This document shows positions 11,137 through 19,858 of a stretch of DNA of 64,000 nt, piece after piece. A program made the translations under genes and the position numbers. Every line of letters starts with the position of its first letter. Positions within the stretch are counted from its first letter, which is position 1. The stretch lies in the NCBI GenBank assembly GCA_016790695.1, contig JAEUOS010000179.1, forward strand, positions 14,297 to 78,296. Direction: 5' to 3'. This DNA is from Burkholderiales bacterium. Lineage in GTDB: Bacteria > Pseudomonadota > Gammaproteobacteria > Burkholderiales > JAEUOS01. The notes beneath the pieces are model-generated. The model saw only the letters and a program-made list of their open reading frames with translations. It made no database searches and was not told the DNA's origin.

Positions 11137-13722
11137 GTGTCTGCGCTTCCCCAGGCGGTCGCGGCCGGGCGCTATCGGCAGGAACTGCAGGCCGGGCGCC
11201 GTGAGCTGTTCGACGCGTTCCACGCCGGCGGCTCGGCGCGGCGCCTGCTCGCGGCCCATTGCCGCCTGGTCGATCGCGTGCTCGCGAGCCTGTGGGTCGA
11301 CGCCGGCATCGGCGAGCGCGCGGCCCTGGTCGCCGTGGGCGGCTACGGCCGCGGCGAGCTCTATCCGGCGTCCGACGTCGACGTCCTGCTGCTGCTGCCG
11401 GAGGATGCCGGCGACGAAACCCGCCATGCCCTCGAGGCGCTGATCGGCCTGTTCTGGGACATCGGCATCGAGGTCGGCCACAGCGTCCGGACCGTTCCGG
11501 AGTGCTTCGCCGCGGCCGCCGCCGACATCACCGTGCAGACCACGCTGATCGAGGCGCGCCCGCTCGCCGGCAGCCGCGCCCTGTTCGCGGCGCTCGAGAC
11601 CGGCACGCGCGCCCGCCTCAACGCGCGCGACTTCTACACCGCCAAGCGCCTCGAGCTCGAGCAGCGCCATACCAAGTACCAGGACACGCCCTACAGCCTC
11701 GAGCCGAACTGCAAGGAGAGTCCCGGGGGACTGCGCGACCTGCAGGTGATCCTGTGGATCGCGCGCGCCGCCGGACTCGGCACCAGCTGGAGCGAACTCG
11801 CGGCCCGCGGCGTGATCACGCGCACCGAGGCGGCGATGCTGGGAAAGCGCGAAGCCCTGCTGCAGACCATCCGCGCCCGGCTGCACCTGATCGCCGGGCG
11901 CCGCGAGGACCGCCTGCTGTTCGACCACCAGGACCGGCTCGCCGCCAGCTTCGGCTACAGCGCCACCGCGTCGCGGCGCGCCAGCGAGCAATTGATGCAG
12001 CGCTACTACATCAACTGCCGCTGGATCATTCAGCTCAACACCATCCTGCTGCAGAACATCGCCAACCAGCTGTTCCCCGGCGCCGCCTTCGAGGCGCATC
12101 CGCTCAACGAGCGCTTCCACGTCGAACGCGACATGCTGGCGGCGAGCGACCCGACGGTCTTCGAGACCCACCCGGGCGCGCTGCTCGAATGCTTCCACCT
12201 GCTGCAGCAGCACGCCGAGCTCAAGGGCATGACCGCGCCGACCCTGCGCGCGCTCTGGCGCGCGCGCAACCGCATGGACGCCGCCTTCCGGCGCGATCCC
12301 GGCAACCGGGCGATGTTCATGCAGATCCTCCGGAGCCCGCGCGGGCTCGTGCACGAACTGCGCCGCATGAACCAGTGGGGCATCCTCGGACGCTACCTGC
12401 CGCCGTTCAAGCGCATCATCGGGCAGATGCAGCACGACCTGTTCCACGTCTACACGGTCGATCAGCACATTCTCACCGTGGTCCGCAACGTGCGGCGCTT
12501 CACCATGCTGGAGTTCGCCCACGAGTATCCGATGTGCTCGCGGCTGATCGCCAGCTTCGAGCGTCACTGGCTCATCTACATCGCCGCCCTGTTCCACGAC
12601 ATCGCCAAGGGCCGGGGCGGCGACCACTCCCTGCTCGGCCGCGCCGACGCGCGCGCGTTCTGCCGGGCGCACGGCATCGACCGCGAGGACACCGAACTGG
12701 TGGTCTTCCTGGTCGAGCACCACCTGACGATGTCGTCGGTGGCACAGAAGCAGGACCTGTCGGACCCGGACGTCATCGGCCGCTTCGCCGCGGTGGTCCG
12801 CGACGAGCGGCGCCTGATCGCGCTGTACCTGCTGACCGTCGCCGACATCCGCGGCACCAGCCCGAAGGTGTGGAACGCGTGGAAGGGCAAGCTGCTCGAG
12901 GACCTGTTCCGCGCCACCCGGCGGCTGCTCGGAAGCAAGGCGCGCGGCGGCGCGTTCAGCTTCGACACCGACCTGCAGGAGAAGCAGGCGGAGGCGCTGC
13001 GCATCCTGTCGCTCTACGGATTCTCCCCTTCCGCCCACGAAGCCCTGTGGCGCCAGCTCGACATGGCGTATTTCCTGCGGCACGACGCGAAGGAGATCGC
13101 CTGGCAGACGCGCGCCCTGGTCGCGCGCATGGACTCGCCCGAACCGGTGGTGCGCGCGCGCTTCTCGCCGATCGGCGAGGGGCTCGAAGTGATGGTCTAC
13201 GTGCGCGACCAGCCCGACCTGTTCGCACGCATCTGCGGCTTCTTCGACCGGCGCAACCTGACCATTCTCGACGCCAAGATCCACACCACCCGCAACGGCT
13301 ACGCCCTGGACAGCTTCCTGGTCATGGATGCCGGCGGCGAGGAGGCCGCGCCGCACGGCCAGCCGGCCGAGATCGAGCGCGACCTGCGCCAGGCCCTCGC
13401 CCTGCGCGCCCCGCTGGCCGACCCGGTGACCGGTCGCGTGTCGCGCCAGGCCCGGCACTTCGCCATCGAGCCGGCGGTCAACATCCGCCCGGACGAGAAG
13501 GGCCAGCGCTACATCCTGTCGGTGACCGCCGGCGACCGCCCGGGCCTGCTGTACCGGATCGCCCTGGCGCTGTCGCGCCACGGCGTCAACCTGCAGACCG
13601 CGAAGATCACCACGCTGGGCGAGCGCGCGGAGGACGTGTTCCTGATCGAGGGCGGCGATCTCGGCAACCCCAAGTCGGTGCTCGCCATCGAGACCGACCT
13701 GGTCGACACGCTGCGCCGATAG
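11137..13722 (+). CDS. glnD: Bifunctional [protein-PII] uridylyltransferase/uridylyl-removing enzyme
   Basis: 861 aa with a nucleotidyltransferase motif (GGYGRGELYPASDVDV), an HD domain (LFHDIAKG) and two C-terminal ACT-like repeats. GTG start. Conserved map-glnD adjacency. Confidence 0.94.
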   Translation: MSALPQAVAAGRYRQELQAGRRELFDAFHAGGSARRLLAAHCRLVDRVLASLWVDAGIGERAALVAVGGYGRGELYPASDVDVLLLLPEDAGDETRHALEALIGLFWDIGIEVGHSVRTVPECFAAAAADITVQTTLIEARPLAGSRALFAALETGTRARLNARDFYTAKRLELEQRHTKYQDTPYSLEPNCKESPGGLRDLQVILWIARAAGLGTSWSELAARGVITRTEAAMLGKREALLQTIRARLHLIAGRREDRLLFDHQDRLAASFGYSATASRRASEQLMQRYYINCRWIIQLNTILLQNIANQLFPGAAFEAHPLNERFHVERDMLAASDPTVFETHPGALLECFHLLQQHAELKGMTAPTLRALWRARNRMDAAFRRDPGNRAMFMQILRSPRGLVHELRRMNQWGILGRYLPPFKRIIGQMQHDLFHVYTVDQHILTVVRNVRRFTMLEFAHEYPMCSRLIASFERHWLIYIAALFHDIAKGRGGDHSLLGRADARAFCRAHGIDREDTELVVFLVEHHLTMSSVAQKQDLSDPDVIGRFAAVVRDERRLIALYLLTVADIRGTSPKVWNAWKGKLLEDLFRATRRLLGSKARGGAFSFDTDLQEKQAEALRILSLYGFSPSAHEALWRQLDMAYFLRHDAKEIAWQTRALVARMDSPEPVVRARFSPIGEGLEVMVYVRDQPDLFARICGFFDRRNLTILDAKIHTTRNGYALDSFLVMDAGGEEAAPHGQPAEIERDLRQALALRAPLADPVTGRVSRQARHFAIEPAVNIRPDEKGQRYILSVTAGDRPGLLYRIALALSRHGVNLQTAKITTLGERAEDVFLIEGGDLGNPKSVLAIETDLVDTLRR

Positions 13723-13779
13723 CCGCGCCGCGCGCCGTGCGCGGCACCGGCGCGACGCTGCCGGTTCCGCCGCGCGGCG

Positions 13780-14514
13780 TCAGGAACGCCAGTACCCGGG
13801 CTCGGGCAACTCGTTGAACACCTTCTTGAGCTGCTCGGCCCAGCGGCCGCGGATCGAGGCGAAGTACTCGTCGCGCGAGTCGATCAGCTTGTGCTTGGTG
13901 ACCTTGAGGGCGTCGCGCTCGTAGCACATCAGGTCGAGCGGCAGGCCGACCGAGAGATTGGACTTGATGGTCGAATCCATCGAGATCAGCGCGCACTTGG
14001 CCACCTCCTCGAGCGACAGGCCGCCGCCGATGACGCGATCGAGGATCGGCTTGCCGTATTTCGACTCGCCGATCTGGAAATACGGCGTCTCGTCGGTCGC
14101 CTCGATGAAGTTGCCGGGCGAATAGACGTTGAACAGCCGCGGCTCCTCGCTGCCGACCTGGCCGCCGAAGATCAGGCTGACGTTGAACTCGATGCCGAAC
14201 TCCTTGAGCGACTGGGCGTCGCGCGCATAGACCTTGCGCACCGCGTCGCCGACCAGCTTGGCGGCCGAGAACATGTTCGGGCAGGACGCCAGGCTCTTCT
14301 CCCCGGGATTGCCCATCTGTGCCTTCAGGCCCGATGCCACCGCCTGGCTCACGGCGAGGTTTCCGGCCGTCAGCAGGACCATCACGCGCTCGCCCGGCAC
14401 CTCGTAGATGTGCATCTTGCGAAACGTGCTGATCTGGTCGACGCCCGCGTTGGTGCGCGAGTCGGACAGGAACACCAGCCCCGCCTGATTGCGGATGGCC
14501 ACGCAGTAGGTCAT
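13780..14514 (-). CDS. Anbu-type proteasome-like Ntn peptidase (proteasome beta-subunit homologue)
   Basis: MTYCVAIRNQAGLVFLSDSRTNAGVDQISTFRKMH... Thr2 would become the N-terminal nucleophile once Met is removed. About 244 aa from the ATG at 14514. Sits next to alpha-E and cp-ATP-grasp genes, which is the Anbu operon context. Confidence 0.8.
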   Translation of the reverse strand: MTYCVAIRNQAGLVFLSDSRTNAGVDQISTFRKMHIYEVPGERVMVLLTAGNLAVSQAVASGLKAQMGNPGEKSLASCPNMFSAAKLVGDAVRKVYARDAQSLKEFGIEFNVSLIFGGQVGSEEPRLFNVYSPGNFIEATDETPYFQIGESKYGKPILDRVIGGGLSLEEVAKCALISMDSTIKSNLSVGLPLDLMCYERDALKVTKHKLIDSRDEYFASIRGRWAEQLKKVFNELPEPGYWRS

Positions 14515-14582
14515 GGAATCTTCCCGGAAGCCGGTTCGCCGCGCGGTCGCCCTGCCCTCCCGCGCGCGGACCAAAGTAACGG

Positions 14583-14588
14583 ATTCTA
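14583..14588 (-). promoter_or_regulatory. Candidate -10 element TAGAAT(CC) upstream of the Anbu gene
   Basis: The minus strand reads cTAGAATCC in the 99-nt alpha-E/Anbu spacer, about 70 nt upstream of the ATG at 14514. The same octamer recurs upstream of three other genes (see findings). Confidence 0.3.
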
Positions 14589-14613
14589 GCCGCGCGCGGC
14601 GGCGCCTCCGGCC

Positions 14614-15558
14614 TTACTGCACCGGCACCAGGAAATCGCGCGCGATGCCGTTGCCGATGCCGGCGATGGCGCCGAGGAAGTCGGTCAGGTAGGCGTGGAC
14701 GCCCACCTGCAGGATGTCCTCGATGCGTCCGTAGCGCAGCCGCGAGTACGCGAGCCCGGCCTGGCGCTGGGTCTCCTGCGAGCGCGCGTTCGCCACCAGG
14801 CCCAGGATCTGGTGCACCTCGCGCAGGCAGGCGTGCAGCGAGCGCGGCATGTCCTCGCGCAGGATCAGCAGCTCGGCGACCCGGTTCGGGCTGACCACGT
14901 CGCGATACACCTTGCGGTAGATCTCGAACGCCGACACCGAACGCAGCAGGGCGCTCCATTCATAGTACTCGTTGGTCGACGACTCGGCCGGCGCCAGTTC
15001 GTCGTACTTGACGTCGAGGATCCGCGCGGTGTTGTCCGCGCGCTCGAGGAACGTGCCGAGGCGGATGAAATGGAAGGCCACGTCCTGCAGCATGGTGCCG
15101 ACGGTGACCCCGCGCGAGAGGTGCGAGCGGAACTTCACCCATTCGAAATACTTGGTGAGCTCGCTTCCCTCGATCGCGCCGGACGCCAGGTGCGCCACCG
15201 CAGACCGCCCTTCCAGCCAGGTGGTGTTGATGGTCTCCCAGACTTCGGAGGTGACGGTGCCGCGCACCGCGTGGCAGTTCTCGCGCGCCGCCTTCAGGCA
15301 GGCCGGCAGCGAGGACGGATTGTCGACGTCGAGCGCCATGAAGCGCAGGACCGCCTGCGCCTCGATGCTGTCGCCATGGCGCGCCCGGAACGCGCCGTCC
15401 AGTCCGGTGATGCCCAGGGCCGCGCCCCAGTACCCGCCCGATGCGCCGGGCATCTGCAGCGACATCCGGTAGGTCACGTCGAGCAGGCGCGCCAGATTCT
15501 CGGCGCGCTCGGTGTAGCGCGCCATCCAGTAGAGGTGGTCGGCGGTGCGCGAGAGCAT
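14614..15558 (-). CDS. Alpha-E domain protein (DUF403 family)
   Basis: MLSRTADHLYWMARYTERAENLARLLDVTYRMSL... is the typical alpha-E N-terminus. The start is the ATG at 15558, 2 nt after the stop of the upstream ATP-grasp gene. Confidence 0.85.
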   Translation of the reverse strand: MLSRTADHLYWMARYTERAENLARLLDVTYRMSLQMPGASGGYWGAALGITGLDGAFRARHGDSIEAQAVLRFMALDVDNPSSLPACLKAARENCHAVRGTVTSEVWETINTTWLEGRSAVAHLASGAIEGSELTKYFEWVKFRSHLSRGVTVGTMLQDVAFHFIRLGTFLERADNTARILDVKYDELAPAESSTNEYYEWSALLRSVSAFEIYRKVYRDVVSPNRVAELLILREDMPRSLHACLREVHQILGLVANARSQETQRQAGLAYSRLRYGRIEDILQVGVHAYLTDFLGAIAGIGNGIARDFLVPVQ

Positions 15559-15560
15559 GC

Positions 15561-17000
15561 TCAGTCCTCCAGCACCCAGGTGTCCTTGGTGCCGCCGCCC
15601 TGCGACGAGTTGACCACCAGCGAACCCGCCTTGAGCGCCACGCGCGTGAGCCCGCCGGGCGCCATGCGCACCGTCTTGCCGGAAAGCACGAACGGCCGCA
15701 GGTCGATGTGGCGCGGCGCGATCCCGGCCTCGACGAACGTCGGGCAGGCCGACAGCGCCAGCGTGGGCTGGGCGATGTAGGTGTCGGGCGCCGCCTTCAC
15801 GCGTTCCCGGAAGGCCGCGATCTCGGCGGCGGTCGACGCCGGCCCCACCAGCATGCCGTAGCCGCCCGCGCCATGGGTCTCCTTGACCACGAGCTCGGCC
15901 ATGTTGGCCAGCACGTACGACAGCTCGTCGGGCTTGCGGCATTGCCAGGTCGGCACGTTGGCCAGGATCGGCTCCTCGGAAAGGTAGAAGCGCACCATGT
16001 CCGGCACATAAGGATAGATCGACTTGTCGTCAGCCACGCCGGTGCCGATCGCGTTCGCGAGCGACACCCGGCCGGCCCGGTACACCGAGAGCAGGCCCGC
16101 CACGCCCAGCACGGAGTCGGACCGAAATGCCAGCGGGTCGAGGAAGTCGTCGTCGATGCGCCGGTAGATCACGTCGACGCGCCGCGGCCCCTGGGTGGTG
16201 CGCATGTACAGGGTCTCGTCCTGGACGAACATGTCCTGGCCCTCGACGAGCTCGACACCCATCTGCTGCGCGAGGAATGCGTGCTCAAAGTACGCGCTGT
16301 TGTACGCGCCCGGCGTCAGCACCACGACCGTGGGATCGTCGATGCCCGCCGGCGCCGCCTGGCGCAGCGTGTCGAGCAGGAGGTCGGGATAGTGCTCGAC
16401 CGGCGCCACCGCGTAGCGCGAGAACAGTTCCGGGAACAGGCGCATCATCATGCGCCGGTTCTCCAGCATGTACGACACGCCCGAGGGCACGCGCAGGTTG
16501 TCCTCGAGCACGTAGTACAGGGCGCTGTCGGGCGTTTGTCCGGGCAGCGCGGCGCGCACGATGTCGATGCCGGAAATCAGCGCGTAGAGGTGATTGCGCA
16601 CCGCGATGTCCTGCATCTCGGGACGGTATTGCGCGTTGCGGAATACCTGCTCGGCCGGAATCAGGCCGGCCTTGACGATGCGCTGCGCCGAATAGATGTC
16701 GTGCAGGAAGGCATTGAGCGCGGCCACGCGCTGCCGCAACCCCCGCTCCAGCATGCGCCACTCGGCCGCCGGGATGATGCGCGGCAGGATGTCGAACGGG
16801 ATCAGGCGCTCGGTGCCGGATTCCTCGCCGTATACGGCGAAGGTGATGCCATGGCGGTGAAACGCCGAGTCCGCCTCCTCCCGCTTTTGCGCGATCGTCG
16901 TCGCCGCCACGGTATCGAGCCACGCCTGATACGACGCATAGTGGTCGCGCACGCACCCGTCTGGTGCGTGAAACTCGTCGAAAATGTTCGTCATGACCAT
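15561..17000 (-). CDS. Circularly permuted type-2 ATP-grasp protein (DUF404/DUF407 family)
   Basis: About 479 aa from MVMTNIFDEFHAPDG... (ATG at 17000 or 16994). I recognise the family from blocks such as VVLTPGAYNSAYFEHAFLAQQMGVELVEGQD and SQGGGTKDTWVL. Precedes the alpha-E gene. Confidence 0.85.
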   Translation of the reverse strand: MVMTNIFDEFHAPDGCVRDHYASYQAWLDTVAATTIAQKREEADSAFHRHGITFAVYGEESGTERLIPFDILPRIIPAAEWRMLERGLRQRVAALNAFLHDIYSAQRIVKAGLIPAEQVFRNAQYRPEMQDIAVRNHLYALISGIDIVRAALPGQTPDSALYYVLEDNLRVPSGVSYMLENRRMMMRLFPELFSRYAVAPVEHYPDLLLDTLRQAAPAGIDDPTVVVLTPGAYNSAYFEHAFLAQQMGVELVEGQDMFVQDETLYMRTTQGPRRVDVIYRRIDDDFLDPLAFRSDSVLGVAGLLSVYRAGRVSLANAIGTGVADDKSIYPYVPDMVRFYLSEEPILANVPTWQCRKPDELSYVLANMAELVVKETHGAGGYGMLVGPASTAAEIAAFRERVKAAPDTYIAQPTLALSACPTFVEAGIAPRHIDLRPFVLSGKTVRMAPGGLTRVALKAGSLVVNSSQGGGTKDTWVLED

Positions 17001-17109
17001 CTGAAGTGCATCCCGCCCTACAAGGAGCCAAACAAAGCAAGCGTCATGCCGCTTCGCCGACCGAAAGCCGGATTCCGGACCGGCCGTCGCCCCGCGCGGG
17101 CGCGCGCCG

Positions 17110-17916
17110 TCAGGAGATTCCCAGCACGTCGCGCATGCTGAACAGGCCGGAGCCGCGGCCGCGCAGGAACCGGCACGCGCGCAACGCGCCCTGCGCATAG
17201 GTCGCGCGACTCGATGCCTTGTGGGTGATCTCGACCCGCTCGCCGTCGCCGAGGAACATCACGGTATGGTCACCGACCAGGTCGCCGCCGCGAACGACGG
17301 CGTAGCCGATTGCGTCGGCACGCCTGGCCCCGGTGTGGCCGTGGCGGTCGAACACGGCGACCGCGTCGTGATCGCGTCCGAGGCCGCGCGCCGCCGCCTC
17401 ACCCATGCCCAGTGCGGTGCCCGAGGGCGCGTCGACCTTGTGGCGATGGTGCGCTTCGACGACCTCGACGTCGTAGCCCGGGCCGAGCGCACGTGCGGCG
17501 GTTTCGACAAGCTGCATGGCCAGATTGACGCCAACGCTGAAATTGGGCGCGAACACCACGCCGACCTCGCGTGCCGCGGCCGCGATCGCCGCCTTGCCGG
17601 CAGCGTCGAACCCGGTCGTGCCGACCACCGCCGCGACGCCCAGCCGACGGCAGGCAGCCAGATGGGCCAGCGTGCCCTCGGGGCGGGTGAAGTCGATCAG
17701 AACGTCGGCGCCGGCAAGCGCGGCCGCCACATCGTCGGTGACCAGGACGCCGCTGGCGCGGGCGAGGAACGCGGCACAGTCCTGTCCATGGGCGGGTGAT
17801 CCGGCCACGTCCAGCGCGCCCGCGAGCGCGCAGTCATCGCTCGCGAGCACGGCCTCGACGAGCATGCGTCCCATGCGCCCGCCCGCGCCGGCAACCACCA
17901 CCTTGATCCGATCCAT
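17110..17916 (-). CDS. dapB: 4-hydroxy-tetrahydrodipicolinate reductase
   Basis: [19 protein letters not shown]... and the [15 protein letters not shown] motif. Start is the ATG at 17916. Confidence 0.94.
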   Translation of the reverse strand: MDRIKVVVAGAGGRMGRMLVEAVLASDDCALAGALDVAGSPAHGQDCAAFLARASGVLVTDDVAAALAGADVLIDFTRPEGTLAHLAACRRLGVAAVVGTTGFDAAGKAAIAAAAREVGVVFAPNFSVGVNLAMQLVETAARALGPGYDVEVVEAHHRHKVDAPSGTALGMGEAAARGLGRDHDAVAVFDRHGHTGARRADAIGYAVVRGGDLVGDHTVMFLGDGERVEITHKASSRATYAQGALRACRFLRGRGSGLFSMRDVLGIS

Positions 17917-17967
17917 CGTTCCGGCCTCCTCGTCCGGCTGGCTGCGCGTGCGCTCAGGTCGGCGCAC

Positions 17968-18555
17968 TCACTGCGGCGCGCCCGGCGGCACCGGACCGCG
18001 CGCTCCGCCCGGTTCGCCCAGCACGAGATTGCCCGCGCCGGACACCGCTCCCGGCGGCGACGCCGGCGCCTCCCGCGGTGTCGCCGCCGCGGGTGCCTGC
18101 GCCGGGGGCGCGGGCGGCGGGGTCGCCGGCGCCGGCGGCGGCACCTCGGCCTCCCACCGGGCAAGGCGTCCGTCGGCATCGAAGTGCACCACGAGCTTGC
18201 GGCGCTCCGGCGCATTCCAGCCCTTCGAATGACGGTACAGATAATCCCAGCGATTGGCGTGGAAGATGTCGGTCAGGAGCGGCGTTCCGAGAATGAAGCG
18301 GACCTGTTCGCGGGTCTGGCCGACGGCGAGCTTGTCCACCATCTCCTGGGTGATGAAGTTGCCCTGCTGAACGTCGATGCGGTAGGGCGTGACGATGTGC
18401 GGCACGTACGCGGGCTTGCCGCCGTCGGTTGCGCAACCGGCGACCAGCGCCGCGACGCAGACGACGACGGCGCCGCCGCGGCGCCCGACCGCGGCGGGCG
18501 GGGCAGGACGGAAATGTGAGGCAGACACGAAAAGGGGGGCACGAACCAAAGGCAT
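17968..18555 (-). CDS. bamE: Outer membrane assembly lipoprotein BamE (SmpA/OmlA) with Pro/Ala-rich C-terminal tail
   Basis: Lipobox LVAGC and the SmpA/OmlA core [38 protein letters not shown]. The start is uncertain: ATG at 18555 has no clear SD, and GTG at 18528 is an alternative. Confidence 0.8.
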   Translation of the reverse strand: MPLVRAPLFVSASHFRPAPPAAVGRRGGAVVVCVAALVAGCATDGGKPAYVPHIVTPYRIDVQQGNFITQEMVDKLAVGQTREQVRFILGTPLLTDIFHANRWDYLYRHSKGWNAPERRKLVVHFDADGRLARWEAEVPPPAPATPPPAPPAQAPAAATPREAPASPPGAVSGAGNLVLGEPGGARGPVPPGAPQ

Positions 18556-18685
18556 TCGCAGTATGATACTTGAAGGGGTCGCGGTGCCGGCCGCAGTTCC
18601 GCCACGGGTGATCGCGCCCGACGATGCACCGACCAGGCGCGGGCGCACCATAAGGCGCCGCCAATCCATCTCCAGATTCCGTTCC

Positions 18686-19192
18686 ATGCCCACTTCCCGC
18701 CCCACCGCCAAGCCTGCGCCGACGTCGGGCCCGCAGAATCCCAACGACCTGCGCAACATGGGATTGAAGGCGACCGGTCCGCGGCTGCGCATCCTCGAGT
18801 TGTTCCAGACCAGCGGCATGCGCCACATGAGTGCCGAGGACGTCTACCGCCAGCTGCTCGGCGAGCGCATCGAGGTCGGCCTCGCCACCGTCTACCGGGT
18901 GCTCACGCAGTTCGAGCAGGCGGGGCTGCTGCAGCGCCATCACTTCGAGTCCGGCCGGTCGGTGTTCGAGCTCAACGAAGGCGCCCACCATGATCACCTC
19001 GTCTGCCTGCAGTGCGGGCGCGTCGAGGAGTTCTACGACGCTGAGATCGAGCGCCGCCAGAACCGCATCGCGGCCGAGCGCGGCTTTGCCCTGCACGATC
19101 ACTCCCTGTCCCTGTATGCCGACTGCGTGAAGGCCGACTGCCCGCATCGCAGCGAGGCATCCGCGCTCGCGCCGCCGGCCGCGGGCGGCTGA
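18686..19192 (+). CDS. fur: Fur-family metal uptake regulator
   Basis: ...[23 protein letters not shown]..., [16 protein letters not shown]. 18686 is the only in-frame ATG upstream of the conserved N-terminus. Divergent from bamE. Confidence 0.88.
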   Translation: MPTSRPTAKPAPTSGPQNPNDLRNMGLKATGPRLRILELFQTSGMRHMSAEDVYRQLLGERIEVGLATVYRVLTQFEQAGLLQRHHFESGRSVFELNEGAHHDHLVCLQCGRVEEFYDAEIERRQNRIAAERGFALHDHSLSLYADCVKADCPHRSEASALAPPAAGG

Positions 19193-19206
19193 GCCGCGCC
19201 GCCGCG

Positions 19207-19773
19207 GTGCCCGGAAGCACGCTCGACGCCTTCGCCACGTCGACCGTGCTGGTCGCGGTGGCAGAAATCGGCGACAAGACCCAGCTGCTGTCGTTTGCGC
19301 TGGCCGCGCGCTACCGGCGCGCCTGGCCGATCGTTTGCGGCATCCTCGTCGCCACCCTGGCCAACCACGCGCTCGCCGGATCCCTCGGGGTGGCGCTCGC
19401 CGTCCACCTCGATCCGCGCCTGACCGTCTGGCTCGTCGGCGGCAGCTTTCTGGCCTTCGGCATCTGGGCGCTCGTGCCGGACCGCCTCGAATCGGCTCCG
19501 CGCCCGCTGGGCGGCGTGTTCCTCACCACCACCGCCGCCTTCTTCGTGGCCGAGATGGGCGACAAGACGCAGCTCGCGACCGTCGCCCTGGGCGCGCGGC
19601 ACGCGATGCCGGTCGTGGTGACGCTGGGCACGACCCTCGGGATGATGATCGCCAACGTGCCGGCGGTCCTGCTTGGCGGCCGGCTCGCCGAGCGCCTGCC
19701 GCTGCATGCGATGCGCTATGTGGCCTCGGCACTGTTCGTCGCCACCGGCGCGGCCACGCTGCTGTTCGGGTAA
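19207..19773 (+). CDS. UPF0016 (GDT1/TMEM165) family membrane protein, putative Mn/Ca transporter
   Basis: 188 aa with two copies of the E-x-GDKT-Q motif (AEIGDKTQLL, AEMGDKTQLA) in a 6-TM-like layout. GTG start 14 nt after the fur stop. Confidence 0.85.
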   Translation: MPGSTLDAFATSTVLVAVAEIGDKTQLLSFALAARYRRAWPIVCGILVATLANHALAGSLGVALAVHLDPRLTVWLVGGSFLAFGIWALVPDRLESAPRPLGGVFLTTTAAFFVAEMGDKTQLATVALGARHAMPVVVTLGTTLGMMIANVPAVLLGGRLAERLPLHAMRYVASALFVATGAATLLFG

Positions 19774-19778
19774 GCCTG

Positions 19779-19795
19779 GTTACAACTCGTTACAA
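19779..19795 (+). promoter_or_regulatory. Direct repeat GTTACAA-N3-GTTACAA, candidate OmpR-family response-regulator box
   Basis: GTTACAA occurs at 19779-19785 and again at 19789-19795, an exact 10-bp period. It lies 64 nt upstream of the response-regulator ATG. TTACAA also resembles a -35 hexamer. Confidence 0.35.
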
Positions 19796-19858
19796 GCTGC
19801 ACACATCACGGCAAGCATGGCGGCCGACAATCGCGGCACCGGGACCGCACGCCGCGCC

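Noticed and set aside
10210-13581. 1123-aa minus-strand ORF.
   Set aside because: It is antisense to map and glnD, both recognised with confidence. The composition is low-complexity (R/A/G/D/V). High-GC artefact.
17040-17056. Weak hairpin (AAGCG-6 nt-CGCTT followed by GCTTTGTTTG on the minus strand) downstream of dapB as a terminator.
   Set aside because: The stem is only 5 bp, which is too weak to assert. It may nevertheless separate dapB from the Anbu operon.
18556-18685. Fur box in the bamE-fur divergent region (gcaGTATGATACttg).
   Set aside because: Only a partial resemblance to the 19-bp Fur consensus (a single TATGATA-like half). This is insufficient to call.
19193-19206. Possible yybP-ykoY manganese riboswitch ahead of the UPF0016 gene.
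   Set aside because: Only 14 nt separate it from the fur stop, so there is no room for a riboswitch of about 100 nt or more.
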